From a virus (Duplodnaviria; Caudoviricetes), in the IMG/VR virus record IMGVR_UViG_3300048892_000209, positions 1 through 47,957 of that record: a stretch of DNA of 47,957 nt. One strand, given 5' to 3'. Of the stretch, positions 1 to 8,591 are shown one piece after another. The notes under the pieces were generated by a model. That model had not been told where the DNA came from and ran no database searches. It saw only the letters and a list, made by a program, of their open reading frames with translations. A program made the translations under genes and the position numbers. Within the stretch, counting starts at the first letter, position 1, and every line of letters begins with the position of its first letter.

Positions 1-212
1 CGCCGCCGACCACGCCGCCGACTCCGCCGACCTCGCCGCCGACTCCGCCGCCGACTCCGCCGACCTCGCCGCCGACTCCGCCGACTCCGCCGCCGACTCC
101 GCCGACCTCGCCGCCGACTCCGCCGACCTCGCCGACCTCGCCGCCGACCTCGCCGCCGACCACGCCGCCGACCTCGCCGCCGACTCCGCCGACCTCGCCG
201 ACCTCGCCGCCG
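1..212. repeat. Coding tandem repeat of mixed 9- and 12-bp units built on CGCCGAC
   Basis: Units such as CGCCGCCGACTC, CGCCGACCT and CGCCGCCGACCA are visible; encodes SAARSAESAAWSAA on the minus strand. Confidence 0.9.
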
Positions 213-705
213 CTTCGCGGTCGCCCTTACCTTCAAGCGCCGCGATCGTCTGCTCGATCGAGGCAACGACCTGCGCCCTGATCGACTCGGGCCAGCTCCC
301 GCTCAGCGGCAGGCACTCCTCCTTGAGTCGGCGGATGGCGAGGCGATCAGCAAACCCGTCGAAGTCGGCTCCGACCGGGATCGCCGCGGCGAAGCGGCGG
401 GGGAACGCGGGCTGCTTCTCGGTGGGCAAGCCCTCGAAGATCCGGTCCTCGAGGTAGGCCACCCACTCCGGGAGGCCGAGGAGATCGGGGTAGCGGGCGT
501 GTGGATTCTCAGCCCGGTCGTCCTCGGTGAGGTCGTGGACCGAACACCCGACTGCGCAGGCTTTCCAGACACCGCCCTTCTTGGTGCCGTAGGTGCCGCC
601 GATGATCGCGTCGGCTTTCTCGTGGGCTCCGATGCGTGCGAGCAGCCTGTCCTTGACCTCCTGCTCACCGTGGAAGGCGCGTAGGGGTTCGGTGGTCGTC
701 GTCAT
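1..705 (-). CDS. Phage early protein with C-terminal low-complexity (S-A-A-R/E/W) repeat; runs off the window, absent from ORF track
   Basis: ATG at 705 overlaps upstream stop (ATGA); open frame MTTTTEPLRAFHGEQEVKDRLLARIGAHEKAD...CAVGC...LEDRIFEGL...AARSAESAAWSAA continues to base 1. Confidence 0.85.
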   Translation of the reverse strand, partial: MTTTTEPLRAFHGEQEVKDRLLARIGAHEKADAIIGGTYGTKKGGVWKACAVGCSVHDLTEDDRAENPHARYPDLLGLPEWVAYLEDRIFEGLPTEKQPAFPRRFAAAIPVGADFDGFADRLAIRRLKEECLPLSGSWPESIRAQVVASIEQTIAALEGKGDREAAARSARSAESAARSAAWSAARSAARSARSAESAARSAESAAESAESAARSAESAAESAARSAESAAWSAA

Positions 706-1109
706 GCGGTGGTGCTCCTTTCGGTCGGGACGGAGTGGGCCGCCGCACCCCTGACGTAGCGAGCGACGGTCTTCTCACCGCGACCGACGATTCGGGCCAC
801 GGCTCGGAAGCTCTGGTGCGTGCGGTAGAGGCGGACGATCCGCTGCTCGGTCGCGGCGTCTACTCGGCCGGTGATGGTGCGATCGGGCGCCGAGCGAAAG
901 AAGCTCTCCGGCAGCTCGCCGATGCACACGCCGAGCTTGCAGAGGATGCGATCGGCGACGTAGTAGTCGGCTGCTCCGCCTCCTCGCCAGGCCCGGATCC
1001 GGCACTCGTCCTCGCGGCCGACCTGGATCGACGGACAGGTGAGGATGCCGCTCTCTTCGAGCCAGGTGACGATCTTGGGGCCGTCGAGCCAGTCGGTGTG
1101 CTGCGCCAT
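702..1109 (-). CDS. HTH DNA-binding protein (135 aa)
   Basis: C-terminal HTH SFRAVARIVGRGEKTVARYV; translationally coupled to both neighbours. Confidence 0.75.
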   Translation of the reverse strand: MAQHTDWLDGPKIVTWLEESGILTCPSIQVGREDECRIRAWRGGGAADYYVADRILCKLGVCIGELPESFFRSAPDRTITGRVDAATEQRIVRLYRTHQSFRAVARIVGRGEKTVARYVRGAAAHSVPTERSTTA

Positions 1110-1612
1110 CAGCCAGCGCTCCCGACGAACTCGACGCGGTCGAAGTCGGTCCCCTTCAGCGCTTCGCCGATCAGGGCGGTGTAGCGCCGTTCGACCCAGG
1201 CGGTAACGCCAGCGGGTGCGGTGAGGAAGAGGGTCGGGCCATCGGCGCCGGCCGGGCGGATCGGTCGGATCCAGAGGCGGTAGGTCGAAGGCGGCAGCGA
1301 GTGGCGAAGGGCGCGGCGAGCGAGGACCCAGGAACGCAGGGCCGCGCAGTGATTACCCGCCGCAGCGGCGACCCGTTCCAATTGGTCCAGCTCTTCCGCC
1401 ATCGCCACTGCGGCGAGGTCGCGCTTGCGGCGGGAGCCGTGGGCGACCCGGAGGCGACGGACCTCCAGCGGGATCGGATCCAGATCCAGGGCCACCCGTT
1501 GCGGGGGGACCGCAGGGGGGTTGCTGTTCCCTAGTCTGGACTCTGGGTTCTGAACTGCTAGACCGCTTGCTTGCGACCTTGCTTGAGCTGGGCTTAGGGG
1601 TTGCTTAAGCAC
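1109..1612 (-). CDS. DnaA N-terminal (domain I)-like protein; probable C-terminal half of replication initiator
   Basis: WVLARRALRHSLPPSTYRLWIRPIRP...TLFLTAPAGVTAWVERRYTALIGEAL follows the DnaA domain I pattern; 5' end uncertain (GTG 1612, or frameshift from upstream ORF). Confidence 0.7.
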   Translation of the reverse strand: MLKQPLSPAQARSQASGLAVQNPESRLGNSNPPAVPPQRVALDLDPIPLEVRRLRVAHGSRRKRDLAAVAMAEELDQLERVAAAAGNHCAALRSWVLARRALRHSLPPSTYRLWIRPIRPAGADGPTLFLTAPAGVTAWVERRYTALIGEALKGTDFDRVEFVGSAG

Positions 1613-1617
1613 GGCTC

Positions 1618-1971
1618 CTAGCTCCGCTTCCCTTTTGCTTTGCCGCCCTTGGAGCCGGCAGCTTTGCGGGCAAGGTGAAGGGCAAGCGCGGTTTCGCGCT
1701 CTTCCTCTTGCTTCGGATTGACGAGGCCGCCGTTGCCGTCGGAGACCCACTTGTCCTCCAACGCCTGCCAAATCACGGTGAGCTGGCGAGGGGTGAGCTT
1801 GAGCAGCTTCGCCCTTGCCTTGTGGTCCGCAGGCACCGAGCCGCGCTTCTTCCAGGAGAGGCAGAGCAGTTTCATATAGACGCCGAACTCGTCGTGATCC
1901 ATCTGCCAGACGGCTGGGTCGGCGAGGAGATCGCCCACCCAGAGGCGCATGTATGGAAGCTCCGGGTCCAC
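1618..1971 (-). CDS. DUF1376/YdaU-like phage replication initiator, N-terminal half
   Basis: LPYMRLWVGDLLAD...EFGVYMKLLCLSW...LVNPKQEEE...AGSKGGKAK is the typical DUF1376 pattern; ends early at TAG 1618-1620. Confidence 0.8.
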   Translation of the reverse strand: MDPELPYMRLWVGDLLADPAVWQMDHDEFGVYMKLLCLSWKKRGSVPADHKARAKLLKLTPRQLTVIWQALEDKWVSDGNGGLVNPKQEEERETALALHLARKAAGSKGGKAKGKRS

Positions 1972-2007
1972 TCAACTGCCCGCCCTGTCTACGCGAGGCC
2001 ATGCCAC

Positions 2008-2151
2008 CTACGCCGCCTTCTCGCCCTGTTTCGCGCAGCCACCACATGCGGCTTGCCCAGAAAGAGACCCGTCCTTGTTCTTCGCCCAGACCCAGTAAGA
2101 GGTCAGGGCTTTGCCGCAGCGGCAGCAGATGGGGGCGCGCTCGACGGTCAT
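2008..2151 (-). CDS. 47-aa CxxC...CxxC zinc-finger-like protein (not in ORF track)
   Basis: ATGA-coupled to the ASCH gene; MTVERAPICCRCGKALTSYWVW...AACGGCAKQGEKAA. Confidence 0.65.
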   Translation of the reverse strand: MTVERAPICCRCGKALTSYWVWAKNKDGSLSGQAACGGCAKQGEKAA

Positions 2152-2603
2152 GCGGCCTCCGTCGGCGGATACTCCCAGAGACCGAGAGCACCCCGAACCG
2201 GGCCGGTGAGGCAGCTGTGGACGTCCCGCAGGGACCAGGCGAACCGACCTGCTGAGTAGTCGCCAAAGGACCGCTCCCAGTCTGCCCCGCCGGCGAGATG
2301 CATCGTGCCCGGCGTCGAGATTTCCTCAACGCGTCGACACCCCGCCAACTCGCAGGTCGCAACCACGATGCCCCGTGGCAAATCACGTGGATCTGCGAAG
2401 CCGGCTTCGGTGAGCACAGACCGGAACGGTTCGGTGGCGCACAACTCTCGAAGGCCGCGCACCCCACCGACAGGGCCAAGTCCTTTGCCGGCATGGATCG
2501 CCAGCGGCCCTCGATGACCGGTGTACCAGCTCCGCGTCTCGAAGCGCTTGGCCCCGATTGCGATCAGGGTCGCCCACGGCTGGGTGATAGTCAGCGCCTT
2601 CAC
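2148..2603 (-). CDS. ASCH domain protein
   Basis: KALTITQPWATLIAIGAKRFETRSW...GPLAIHAG and C-terminal PVRGALGLWE signature. Confidence 0.9.
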   Translation of the reverse strand: MKALTITQPWATLIAIGAKRFETRSWYTGHRGPLAIHAGKGLGPVGGVRGLRELCATEPFRSVLTEAGFADPRDLPRGIVVATCELAGCRRVEEISTPGTMHLAGGADWERSFGDYSAGRFAWSLRDVHSCLTGPVRGALGLWEYPPTEAA

Positions 2604-3407
2604 CTAGGCCGCCTCCGCATCCCTAAAAGCAGACCGAGGCCTCTCCCTACCTACGTCCTCGGGGAAGAGTGCGGTGGGTTTGGACGACGGCGGGGCGGAG
2701 GTTCCTACGTCATGCGAGCGGAGGTGATCCGCGTGATGACCCTCCGCCCCGCTCTCGTACTCGACACGATGCGGTTGACCCCCGGCGCCGGCAAGGGAGC
2801 CACGCGCAATCTCAAGCGTGTCCGGCCTGTCGAGGGTGCCGGTGACGCTATGTGGACCGGCGGTCCCTTCCGGGTTGATCGTGCCGTGGCTGGGCTTCTC
2901 GCCCGAGTCGACGTCGGAGTTCTGGGAGGAGCCGACGTCGACTCCGACGAGCTTCGCCCGTCCCTTCGTGGTGATCCTGTACGTCGGCGCCTTCCTTCCG
3001 TTGGCCGCAGGGTGGGAGACCTTGCGGTAGACGCCAGTGGACTCCATGAAGCCTTTGTTTCGGAACCAGGCCGAGCGGGAGCCTTTGAGGTTGCAGTGCT
3101 CCGGTGGGACCCCGAGTGGGTCGAGATCGTCGGCGTGGAAGTAGCCGGTCTCTATAAGGGCGCGGCGGATCTGCTCGTCGATCGCTGCCGCCCAGTCGCG
3201 CTTCGCCCTCTGCTCGGACTGGAGATCCCGGGCCTCCTGGACGGACCTGACGTTCCCGCCACGGCTGCCTACCCCCGTTCGCGCTTTGTTCGCGCTATTG
3301 GCCCGGCTGACACGCATTCGGCACGCTGGAGAGTGGTAGGCGGCATCCGCCCTCATTCCAGCGAGAGAGGCGCCACAGCCACAGGCGCAGATCCGACCGC
3401 CGCTCAC
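2604..3407 (-). CDS. Hypothetical protein with N-terminal Cys/His zinc finger and probable winged helix
   Basis: CACGCG...RADAAYHSPACR; PTYRITTKGRAKL wing-like motif; coupled in operon. Confidence 0.65.
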   Translation of the reverse strand: MSGGRICACGCGASLAGMRADAAYHSPACRMRVSRANSANKARTGVGSRGGNVRSVQEARDLQSEQRAKRDWAAAIDEQIRRALIETGYFHADDLDPLGVPPEHCNLKGSRSAWFRNKGFMESTGVYRKVSHPAANGRKAPTYRITTKGRAKLVGVDVGSSQNSDVDSGEKPSHGTINPEGTAGPHSVTGTLDRPDTLEIARGSLAGAGGQPHRVEYESGAEGHHADHLRSHDVGTSAPPSSKPTALFPEDVGRERPRSAFRDAEAA

Positions 3408-3856
3408 GGGTCGAACCCCTGCGCGGCAGCGACGGCCTCCGGGGTCGTCGGCTTGATCTTGCCGGCCCGGATCTGGCCGCCGAGACTCCCCCGGCTCGAC
3501 GGCTCGCCTTGGGCCGATGCCTCACCGATCTCGCGGTGCTTCTCGCAAAAGTAGATCCAAGCCGCGGAGCGGTTGAGTTGGCAACCATCTGCCGCCGGCT
3601 CTCGGCACCACTCGCAATCTCGGCCGTCGACAATTAGGCGGAGCGTTAGCCGACCCTGCTCGGTAAGCCCGTAGCCGTCTTCATCTCCCATCAGTCCCGT
3701 GTGGAACTCGGCCAAGCTGCGGTCGACCAGCTTTCGAAGGATCGGCTTGATCTCCAGGCCGGTGCGCCGCAGATCGTCAGGCGACCACGTCCGCTTTTCG
3801 GTTGGAGCGGCAAGAAGGCCCAACACGACAAGCTGCTCGCGGGGCAGACGTTTCAC
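3404..3856 (-). CDS. Hypothetical winged-helix plus CxxC protein
   Basis: LRKLVDRSLA...YGLTEQGR wHTH pattern; CEWC...C...FCEKH. Confidence 0.6.
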   Translation of the reverse strand: MKRLPREQLVVLGLLAAPTEKRTWSPDDLRRTGLEIKPILRKLVDRSLAEFHTGLMGDEDGYGLTEQGRLTLRLIVDGRDCEWCREPAADGCQLNRSAAWIYFCEKHREIGEASAQGEPSSRGSLGGQIRAGKIKPTTPEAVAAAQGFDP

Positions 3857-4071
3857 GCCGCCACCGCCGCCGGCTCGAACTCACGCCGCAACTTCGCTCC
3901 AGAGATCCGTCGGCGCCCTCCCGGCGGGACCTCTCGACCACCGACCCGGATCACTTCGTAGGGCCACTTCCCCTGGCGCTGGTCGAAGTCCCCGACGATG
4001 CGGATCGTCACGTCCCCGCGCTGGAAGGTCGAGCCGATGCCGATGGGGCCGCCGTAGCTCCTGGCGCTCAT
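3853..4071 (-). CDS. Hypothetical protein (72 aa)
   Basis: Start/stop overlaps with both neighbours. Confidence 0.6.
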   Translation of the reverse strand: MSARSYGGPIGIGSTFQRGDVTIRIVGDFDQRQGKWPYEVIRVGGREVPPGGRRRISGAKLRREFEPAAVAA

Positions 4072-4334
4072 CGCTTCCTCGCCCTCTCCGAAAGGCAGTA
4101 GTAGTGCTCGACCGCTCCCCGTCGAGGCTCGGTGTGGCTGAGGTCCAATAGGCCAGCCTCAGCCAGGGTCTTGACGTGGTAGCTGACGTTGCCGAGCGGC
4201 TCCTTGAATAGGAGATGCATCTGACTCGGGGAAGCCACACCTACCTCGGAGAGGTGGTCGAGGATCGCGAGACGCAGAGGATGTGTGCCTGCGCGGGCGA
4301 CGGCCTCCCAGTCGATCGGGGTCTTCTCGCTCAT
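4068..4334 (-). CDS. ArsR-like winged-helix regulator, DNA-binding domain only
   Basis: HPLRLAILDHL...SPSQM...LGNVSYHVKTLAEAGLLDL...PRRGAVEHYY. Confidence 0.85.
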   Translation of the reverse strand: MSEKTPIDWEAVARAGTHPLRLAILDHLSEVGVASPSQMHLLFKEPLGNVSYHVKTLAEAGLLDLSHTEPRRGAVEHYYCLSERARKR

Positions 4335-5167
4335 GCCCGCACCGCCAGCCTCGACGCCTTCTTGAACTCGACGCCCGGCATCTCCGGGGGCTTCCCGGTC
4401 TCCTTAACCGTGTCGTGCATGTACTGGCGAAGGGCGGCGGTGAGGATCGACTTCAGCGGGGTGCCGTCCGGCAGGAAATCGGGGACCTGACGGATGTCGG
4501 TGACCTCGAACTCCCAGTGCGCGGAAGTGCCGGCGCCCTCGGGCTTCGCGGGTGCGGCCACCTCAGCTCGGGGAAGAGTCGGGTCGGGCAGCGAGGAGAT
4601 CGCCTCGGCGGCGGTCGAGGCTTCAGCGGCTTCCGCCGCGGTCTCCTCGGCCAGCTCCTCGAGGTCGGGATCCTCGGCGGCGAGCTCGCGGGCTTCCGCG
4701 GCTTCGCGCTCCTTCGCAGCCTGGGCTTCGCGGGCCGCCTGTTCCTCGGCCTCGCGCTTCTCGCGCTCCTGCCGTTCGCGCTCCTCACGCTCGCGTTCGA
4801 GACGCGCCTGCTCTTCCTGGCGCCGACGCTCGACCTCGTCCAGGTACGTCTTGACAGTCCCGCGGAGAACGTCCTCGACCTCTTTGAAGGGGGCGATGAC
4901 CTTGTCGAAGCGCCCTTTGATCAGTTCGGCCGCGTCCTTGCGCGGTTTGGTCAGCGAGACGCGCTTCTTTTCGATCGCTTTCCGTTCGGCGATCACCTTG
5001 CGCAGGAGGGCGGTCGCGGTCTCGGCAGACTCCTCGTCGTCGACCTGGACAGACTCAGCGAGCGCGCGGGCGCGGGCGACGTCACCCTCGCCGCTGGTTA
5101 CCAACTGGTCGAGATCCGCAGGTAGGAACTCCTGGACCTCGGCGGGAACCAACTCCGTGCCCGTCAC
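4331..5167 (-). CDS. Coiled-coil phage protein of the recombination module
   Basis: IEKKRVSLTKP...E/R-rich coil...WEFEVTDIRQVP; adjacent to exonuclease and RecT. Confidence 0.75.
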   Translation of the reverse strand: MTGTELVPAEVQEFLPADLDQLVTSGEGDVARARALAESVQVDDEESAETATALLRKVIAERKAIEKKRVSLTKPRKDAAELIKGRFDKVIAPFKEVEDVLRGTVKTYLDEVERRRQEEQARLEREREERERQEREKREAEEQAAREAQAAKEREAAEARELAAEDPDLEELAEETAAEAAEASTAAEAISSLPDPTLPRAEVAAPAKPEGAGTSAHWEFEVTDIRQVPDFLPDGTPLKSILTAALRQYMHDTVKETGKPPEMPGVEFKKASRLAVRA

Positions 5168-6114
5168 GCCAGCACCGCCTCTCGGGCCTTGCCGGCCGCT
5201 CGCTCAGCCGCTCGCATCCGCTGGTCGAGTTGCTTCCCCGACTGAGAGGCCAGCAGCGCCGAGTTGAAGTCAGCGTCGGTCGCGCAGCTCCAGAACTCCT
5301 GGTAAGTGCCGTCGGGGAGTAGGACTACGACCAGCTCGAGGTCGGACTCGCCGATCCCACACTCCCGGTTGGCCAGTTTGTAGCCGCGGAGCTGGACGTG
5401 GTCGGATTTGTAGGTGCGGGGCTTCTCGCGCGTCTTGTCGTCGATCAGGACGATCGCCGAGCCGTGGCCGGAGTGCTGGCAGTCCTTCGGGAGTGGCGGA
5501 AGCCCCGGCGAGTCGAGGTCAATCAGGGCGAGGAGGTCGAAGGTTCCCGCGAACTTCCGCGTGTGGTGGACGGTTGCGCACTCGGCCGCGAAGGGCTCGG
5601 GCTGGCGGTCTCGCCACCACTTTAATTTTGCCTGCCCGTAGCCCCGCGCCTCGTCGCTGAGGCCGGCGAGACTCGGAGCGGAGCGACCCATCGCCAGCTC
5701 GAAGGTGATCTCTTTGTGGACCTCCTTGCCCTCGTCGGCTCGCTGGTTGCGGCGGTCAGACCAACGGAGCTTCCCCGCCTCCAGCGCTTCGGCGATCACC
5801 TTCGCATCGGCGAGCCAGGTCAGGTCGCCGTCCGCGGCCAGAGCCGCATCGGCGAGAGCCGCGATCCCTTCGCGCTCCAGCCTCGCCGCCCAGTGCATGA
5901 GCGGGTCGGCATCGGGATCGAGGTACTTGGAGATCCCGGAGACGCCGGGGAGACCCGAACCCTGGATGTAGGAGTAGCCACCGGTCGAGGACGGGTTGGC
6001 TTTGATCTCGGCCCAGTAGTAGTGGTTCTCGCCCCGGACTTCTTTGTAGATCGGGTCGCCGACCGGGAACGAGAACTTCTCAAAGCGACCCACCTGCTCG
6101 CTAGGCGGAAGCAT
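5164..6114 (-). CDS. PD-(D/E)XK phage exonuclease (RecE/Cas4-like)
   Basis: LPGVSGI...LMHWAA...EGKEVH...FAGTFD...LIDDKT...QLRGY motifs. Confidence 0.8.
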   Translation of the reverse strand: MLPPSEQVGRFEKFSFPVGDPIYKEVRGENHYYWAEIKANPSSTGGYSYIQGSGLPGVSGISKYLDPDADPLMHWAARLEREGIAALADAALAADGDLTWLADAKVIAEALEAGKLRWSDRRNQRADEGKEVHKEITFELAMGRSAPSLAGLSDEARGYGQAKLKWWRDRQPEPFAAECATVHHTRKFAGTFDLLALIDLDSPGLPPLPKDCQHSGHGSAIVLIDDKTREKPRTYKSDHVQLRGYKLANRECGIGESDLELVVVLLPDGTYQEFWSCATDADFNSALLASQSGKQLDQRMRAAERAAGKAREAVLA

Positions 6115-7273
6115 CGTCGCCTCCGTTCTCTTCGGGCGCGTTCAGCTCCAGCTTCTCCAGCTCTTCTTCGATTGCCTGGCGCTGCTCGGGCGTGAAGGCG
6201 GCGAGGGCCTGCGCGAAGTCCTCCGATGGCGGGATCGCGTCGAGCCCGATCGAGCCGAGCAGGACGTTGAACCCGTCGTGCCAGTTCCCTTCAGCGCCGG
6301 CCTTGCCCAAGTGCTCGGTTCGGTCCTGGATCGAGGCGTTGAACTCCTCGACCTGGTGGACGATGCAGCCCTGCAACTCCTCAGCGAGAGAGGCGGCCTC
6401 GTCCTCCGTAAGTGCCGCCAGCCCCTCGTCGAGCTTCCCCAGATCGATCATCTTGGATCCGAGATCGAGGGTGCCGAGGATGGCGTTGACTCCGTCGAGG
6501 ATGTTGATCCCCAACTCCTGCAGCGAGGGGGCGGCGAGGTTGATCAGGTGCTTCAGCAGGGCGACATGGGCGGGCTGGTCGACGGCCGGCGTCTCCTCAA
6601 CGACCTGGGCGTCGACCGGCTCCGGTCCTGCCGGGACCGAGACCACTTCACCTTGAGCGTCGACCTCAGCCCCCAACTCCTCGGGGACGTAGGCCGGCAT
6701 GCCAGCCATGACATCGGGGCAGTGCTGTCGAACGCCGCGAGTTAGGCAGCGAGCAAACAGCATGTCCGGCAGGCTCTCTTTCCAGCGCCTCGTCTCGGTC
6801 AGCGCCATCCAGGTCCCGTTCTCCTTGGCCCGCTTCTTGGCTGCCTCCTCAAACGTGAACTCGACGGTGCCGAGGGAGACGCCGCGTTCGAAGAACTCAA
6901 TTTCCGAGTGTTCGCCGTCCGCGACGATCCGCCGGTAGTTGTAGTCAGCGGACCGCTTGACCAGAGCGCCGATCAGGCTGGCCGAAAGACTCGGTCCCCC
7001 GTCGATGATGTGGATGCCGCGCATCGACGTCATCGGGCCGAACCCCAGCTCCTCGCCGGCGACGATCTTCACGACCGCCTGACTCATCGACTTCACGTCG
7101 TTGAAGTAGCCGGACTGGAAGAAGTGCTGGGCGAGCGCGACCGGGTCGCGCCGCGACAGCGGCGTCCTGTCCGGTCGGCGTTGGACGACCTCCTGAGCGC
7201 GCGCCTCCTCGATCGCGCCGTTGACGGTGACCGTCTCCGTCGCGGTCGGCGCCTCCCCCACTCCCGCGCTCAC
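6101..7273 (-). CDS. recT: RecT-family single-strand annealing protein with extended C-terminus
   Basis: KIVAGEELGFGPMTSMRGIHIIDGGPSLSA...MLFARCLTRGVRQHCPDV...YVPEEL. Confidence 0.75.
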   Translation of the reverse strand: MSAGVGEAPTATETVTVNGAIEEARAQEVVQRRPDRTPLSRRDPVALAQHFFQSGYFNDVKSMSQAVVKIVAGEELGFGPMTSMRGIHIIDGGPSLSASLIGALVKRSADYNYRRIVADGEHSEIEFFERGVSLGTVEFTFEEAAKKRAKENGTWMALTETRRWKESLPDMLFARCLTRGVRQHCPDVMAGMPAYVPEELGAEVDAQGEVVSVPAGPEPVDAQVVEETPAVDQPAHVALLKHLINLAAPSLQELGINILDGVNAILGTLDLGSKMIDLGKLDEGLAALTEDEAASLAEELQGCIVHQVEEFNASIQDRTEHLGKAGAEGNWHDGFNVLLGSIGLDAIPPSEDFAQALAAFTPEQRQAIEEELEKLELNAPEENGGDDASA

Positions 7274-7605
7274 GATCCGTGCCTCTCTGCAACCAGCGAG
7301 GTCAGGTCGTCGATCTCGTTGACGATCCTCCCCACCCGCAGATGCAGGTCAGCGGCGCCGAGCTGCTCGCGGTCGAGGTCCAGTCGCTTCATCACCGCCA
7401 TCAAGGAGTCACGGGCGACGTCGAGACCGAGGCCGACCCGCTGGACCGTTTCGGCTTCGAGCGGCTCCGGCTCTTTCTCGGGCCGGGCAGCCAGGTGGCG
7501 GGCGATCTCTGAAGGCGCCGCGCACTCGACCAGCGCCAGCCGCCGGCCGTTGTCCACCCGCTCGACGACATCGCCGATATCGGGATGTAGGGTTCGGTCG
7601 TTCAC
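7270..7605 (-). CDS. Hypothetical protein
   Basis: Coupled GTGA overlaps; GGAGG upstream. Confidence 0.6.
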   Translation of the reverse strand: MNDRTLHPDIGDVVERVDNGRRLALVECAAPSEIARHLAARPEKEPEPLEAETVQRVGLGLDVARDSLMAVMKRLDLDREQLGAADLHLRVGRIVNEIDDLTSLVAERHGS

Positions 7606-7793
7606 GGGTTACCTCCGTGGATCGGGGCGTCAGGGACCGCAGATCCCGTGGCGCCTCTTTTCTGTTCTGTGGAAGGCGGGAAGGGTCGGATGCCTGAGCG
7701 GCGACAGATGCGCCGGTAGTCCCAGAGGGCGAAGAGGAAGATCCCGAGCAGGGTGAGGGTCGCGGCGCTGAGCCCAATTGACGCGGTACTCAT
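7602..7793 (-). CDS. Small single-pass membrane protein
   Basis: Hydrophobic N-terminus LSAATLTLLGIFLFALW; coupled. Confidence 0.6.
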   Translation of the reverse strand: MSTASIGLSAATLTLLGIFLFALWDYRRICRRSGIRPFPPSTEQKRGATGSAVPDAPIHGGNP

Positions 7794-8056
7794 GCGAGCC
7801 TCCGAAGTTCCGTCCGCTCACGTCGCCGACGGAGCGTGTGGTGTGCCCGGTTGTGGGCGCGGAGGTCGCAGGGCTCGACAGGCTCGGGGCACTCGCACTG
7901 AAGCCGGGGGTAGCGCTTGCTCGCTCGGGTCGTTGAGCGGTAGGCAGCGACGGCGGCAAGGAGGATCGCCAGAAGCGAGAGGCCGATCACCGCGACCACG
8001 ATCATGAAGGCGATTAGGTACCGGTGGGCTTCAGCGGTGGTGAGGGTGGCGAGCAT
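7790..8056 (-). CDS. Small membrane protein
   Basis: Long hydrophobic stretch followed by basic Cys/His tail; coupled. Confidence 0.6.
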   Translation of the reverse strand: MLATLTTAEAHRYLIAFMIVVAVIGLSLLAILLAAVAAYRSTTRASKRYPRLQCECPEPVEPCDLRAHNRAHHTLRRRRERTELRRLA

Positions 8057-8355
8057 CAGGCGGCCTCGCCTTCATCCGCAGGCTGCATGAACACGTGGCC
8101 GACAAACCAATCGAGTTGGAACGTGCCGAGGTACTCGTATTCGGCCGGATATGGCTGGCCCGTCCCTACGACGACGGCAGCACGGTCAATCCGAGGAGGC
8201 GATGTGTCGGCCGATACCTCAGCGGGAACGCTGAACCACAGCGTCGGCGTCTTCCCCTGGACCTGAAGGCTGAGGAATTCAGCTCCCTCCGGGAGGGCCA
8301 GGAGCGTGGTGACGCCAGGGCAACCGAATTTCCAGACGACTCGCTCGCCCGCCAT
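8056..8355 (-). CDS. Conserved-looking small phage protein
   Basis: VWKF...LPEGAEFLSLQVQ...LW...VVGTG...YLGTFQ...FVGHVF pattern resembles a common phage hypothetical family. Confidence 0.7.
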   Translation of the reverse strand: MAGERVVWKFGCPGVTTLLALPEGAEFLSLQVQGKTPTLWFSVPAEVSADTSPPRIDRAAVVVGTGQPYPAEYEYLGTFQLDWFVGHVFMQPADEGEAA

Positions 8356-8591
8356 CAGCCCCCCACCCCCGCCATCTCTCGTTCAGTCCGGTCATCGACC
8401 AGCTCGCACAGCTCTCCAGCGACCCGCTCCAACGTCGCTTCGACCTCATCGAGGGGAACCGGGATCGGCCCGCAACCTTGGACCGCTCGACGTATGCAGT
8501 CGGTGTGGTGCTTGGCGAGCTTCAGATGCTGCTCGACCTTGCCTGCCAGCTCTTCGGCTTGGGTGGGTGAGTAGTAGCCGGCCCGGGGCAT
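8355..8591 (-). CDS. Hypothetical protein
   Basis: TGATG-coupled ORF in the early operon. Confidence 0.6.
   Translation of the reverse strand: MPRAGYYSPTQAEELAGKVEQHLKLAKHHTDCIRRAVQGCGPIPVPLDEVEATLERVAGELCELVDDRTEREMAGVGG

Noticed and set aside
1-212. Possible CRISPR array or telomere-like repeat
   Set aside because: No unique spacers; units are multiples of three and lie in an open reading frame
1972-2494. N-terminal part of the 461-aa ORF 1109..2494
   Set aside because: Overlaps better-supported ASCH, zinc-finger and DUF1376 genes in other frames; only the 3' part looks protein-like
5164-6114. Cas4-like nuclease as evidence of a CRISPR system
   Set aside because: Paired with RecT in a recombination module; no cas genes or array
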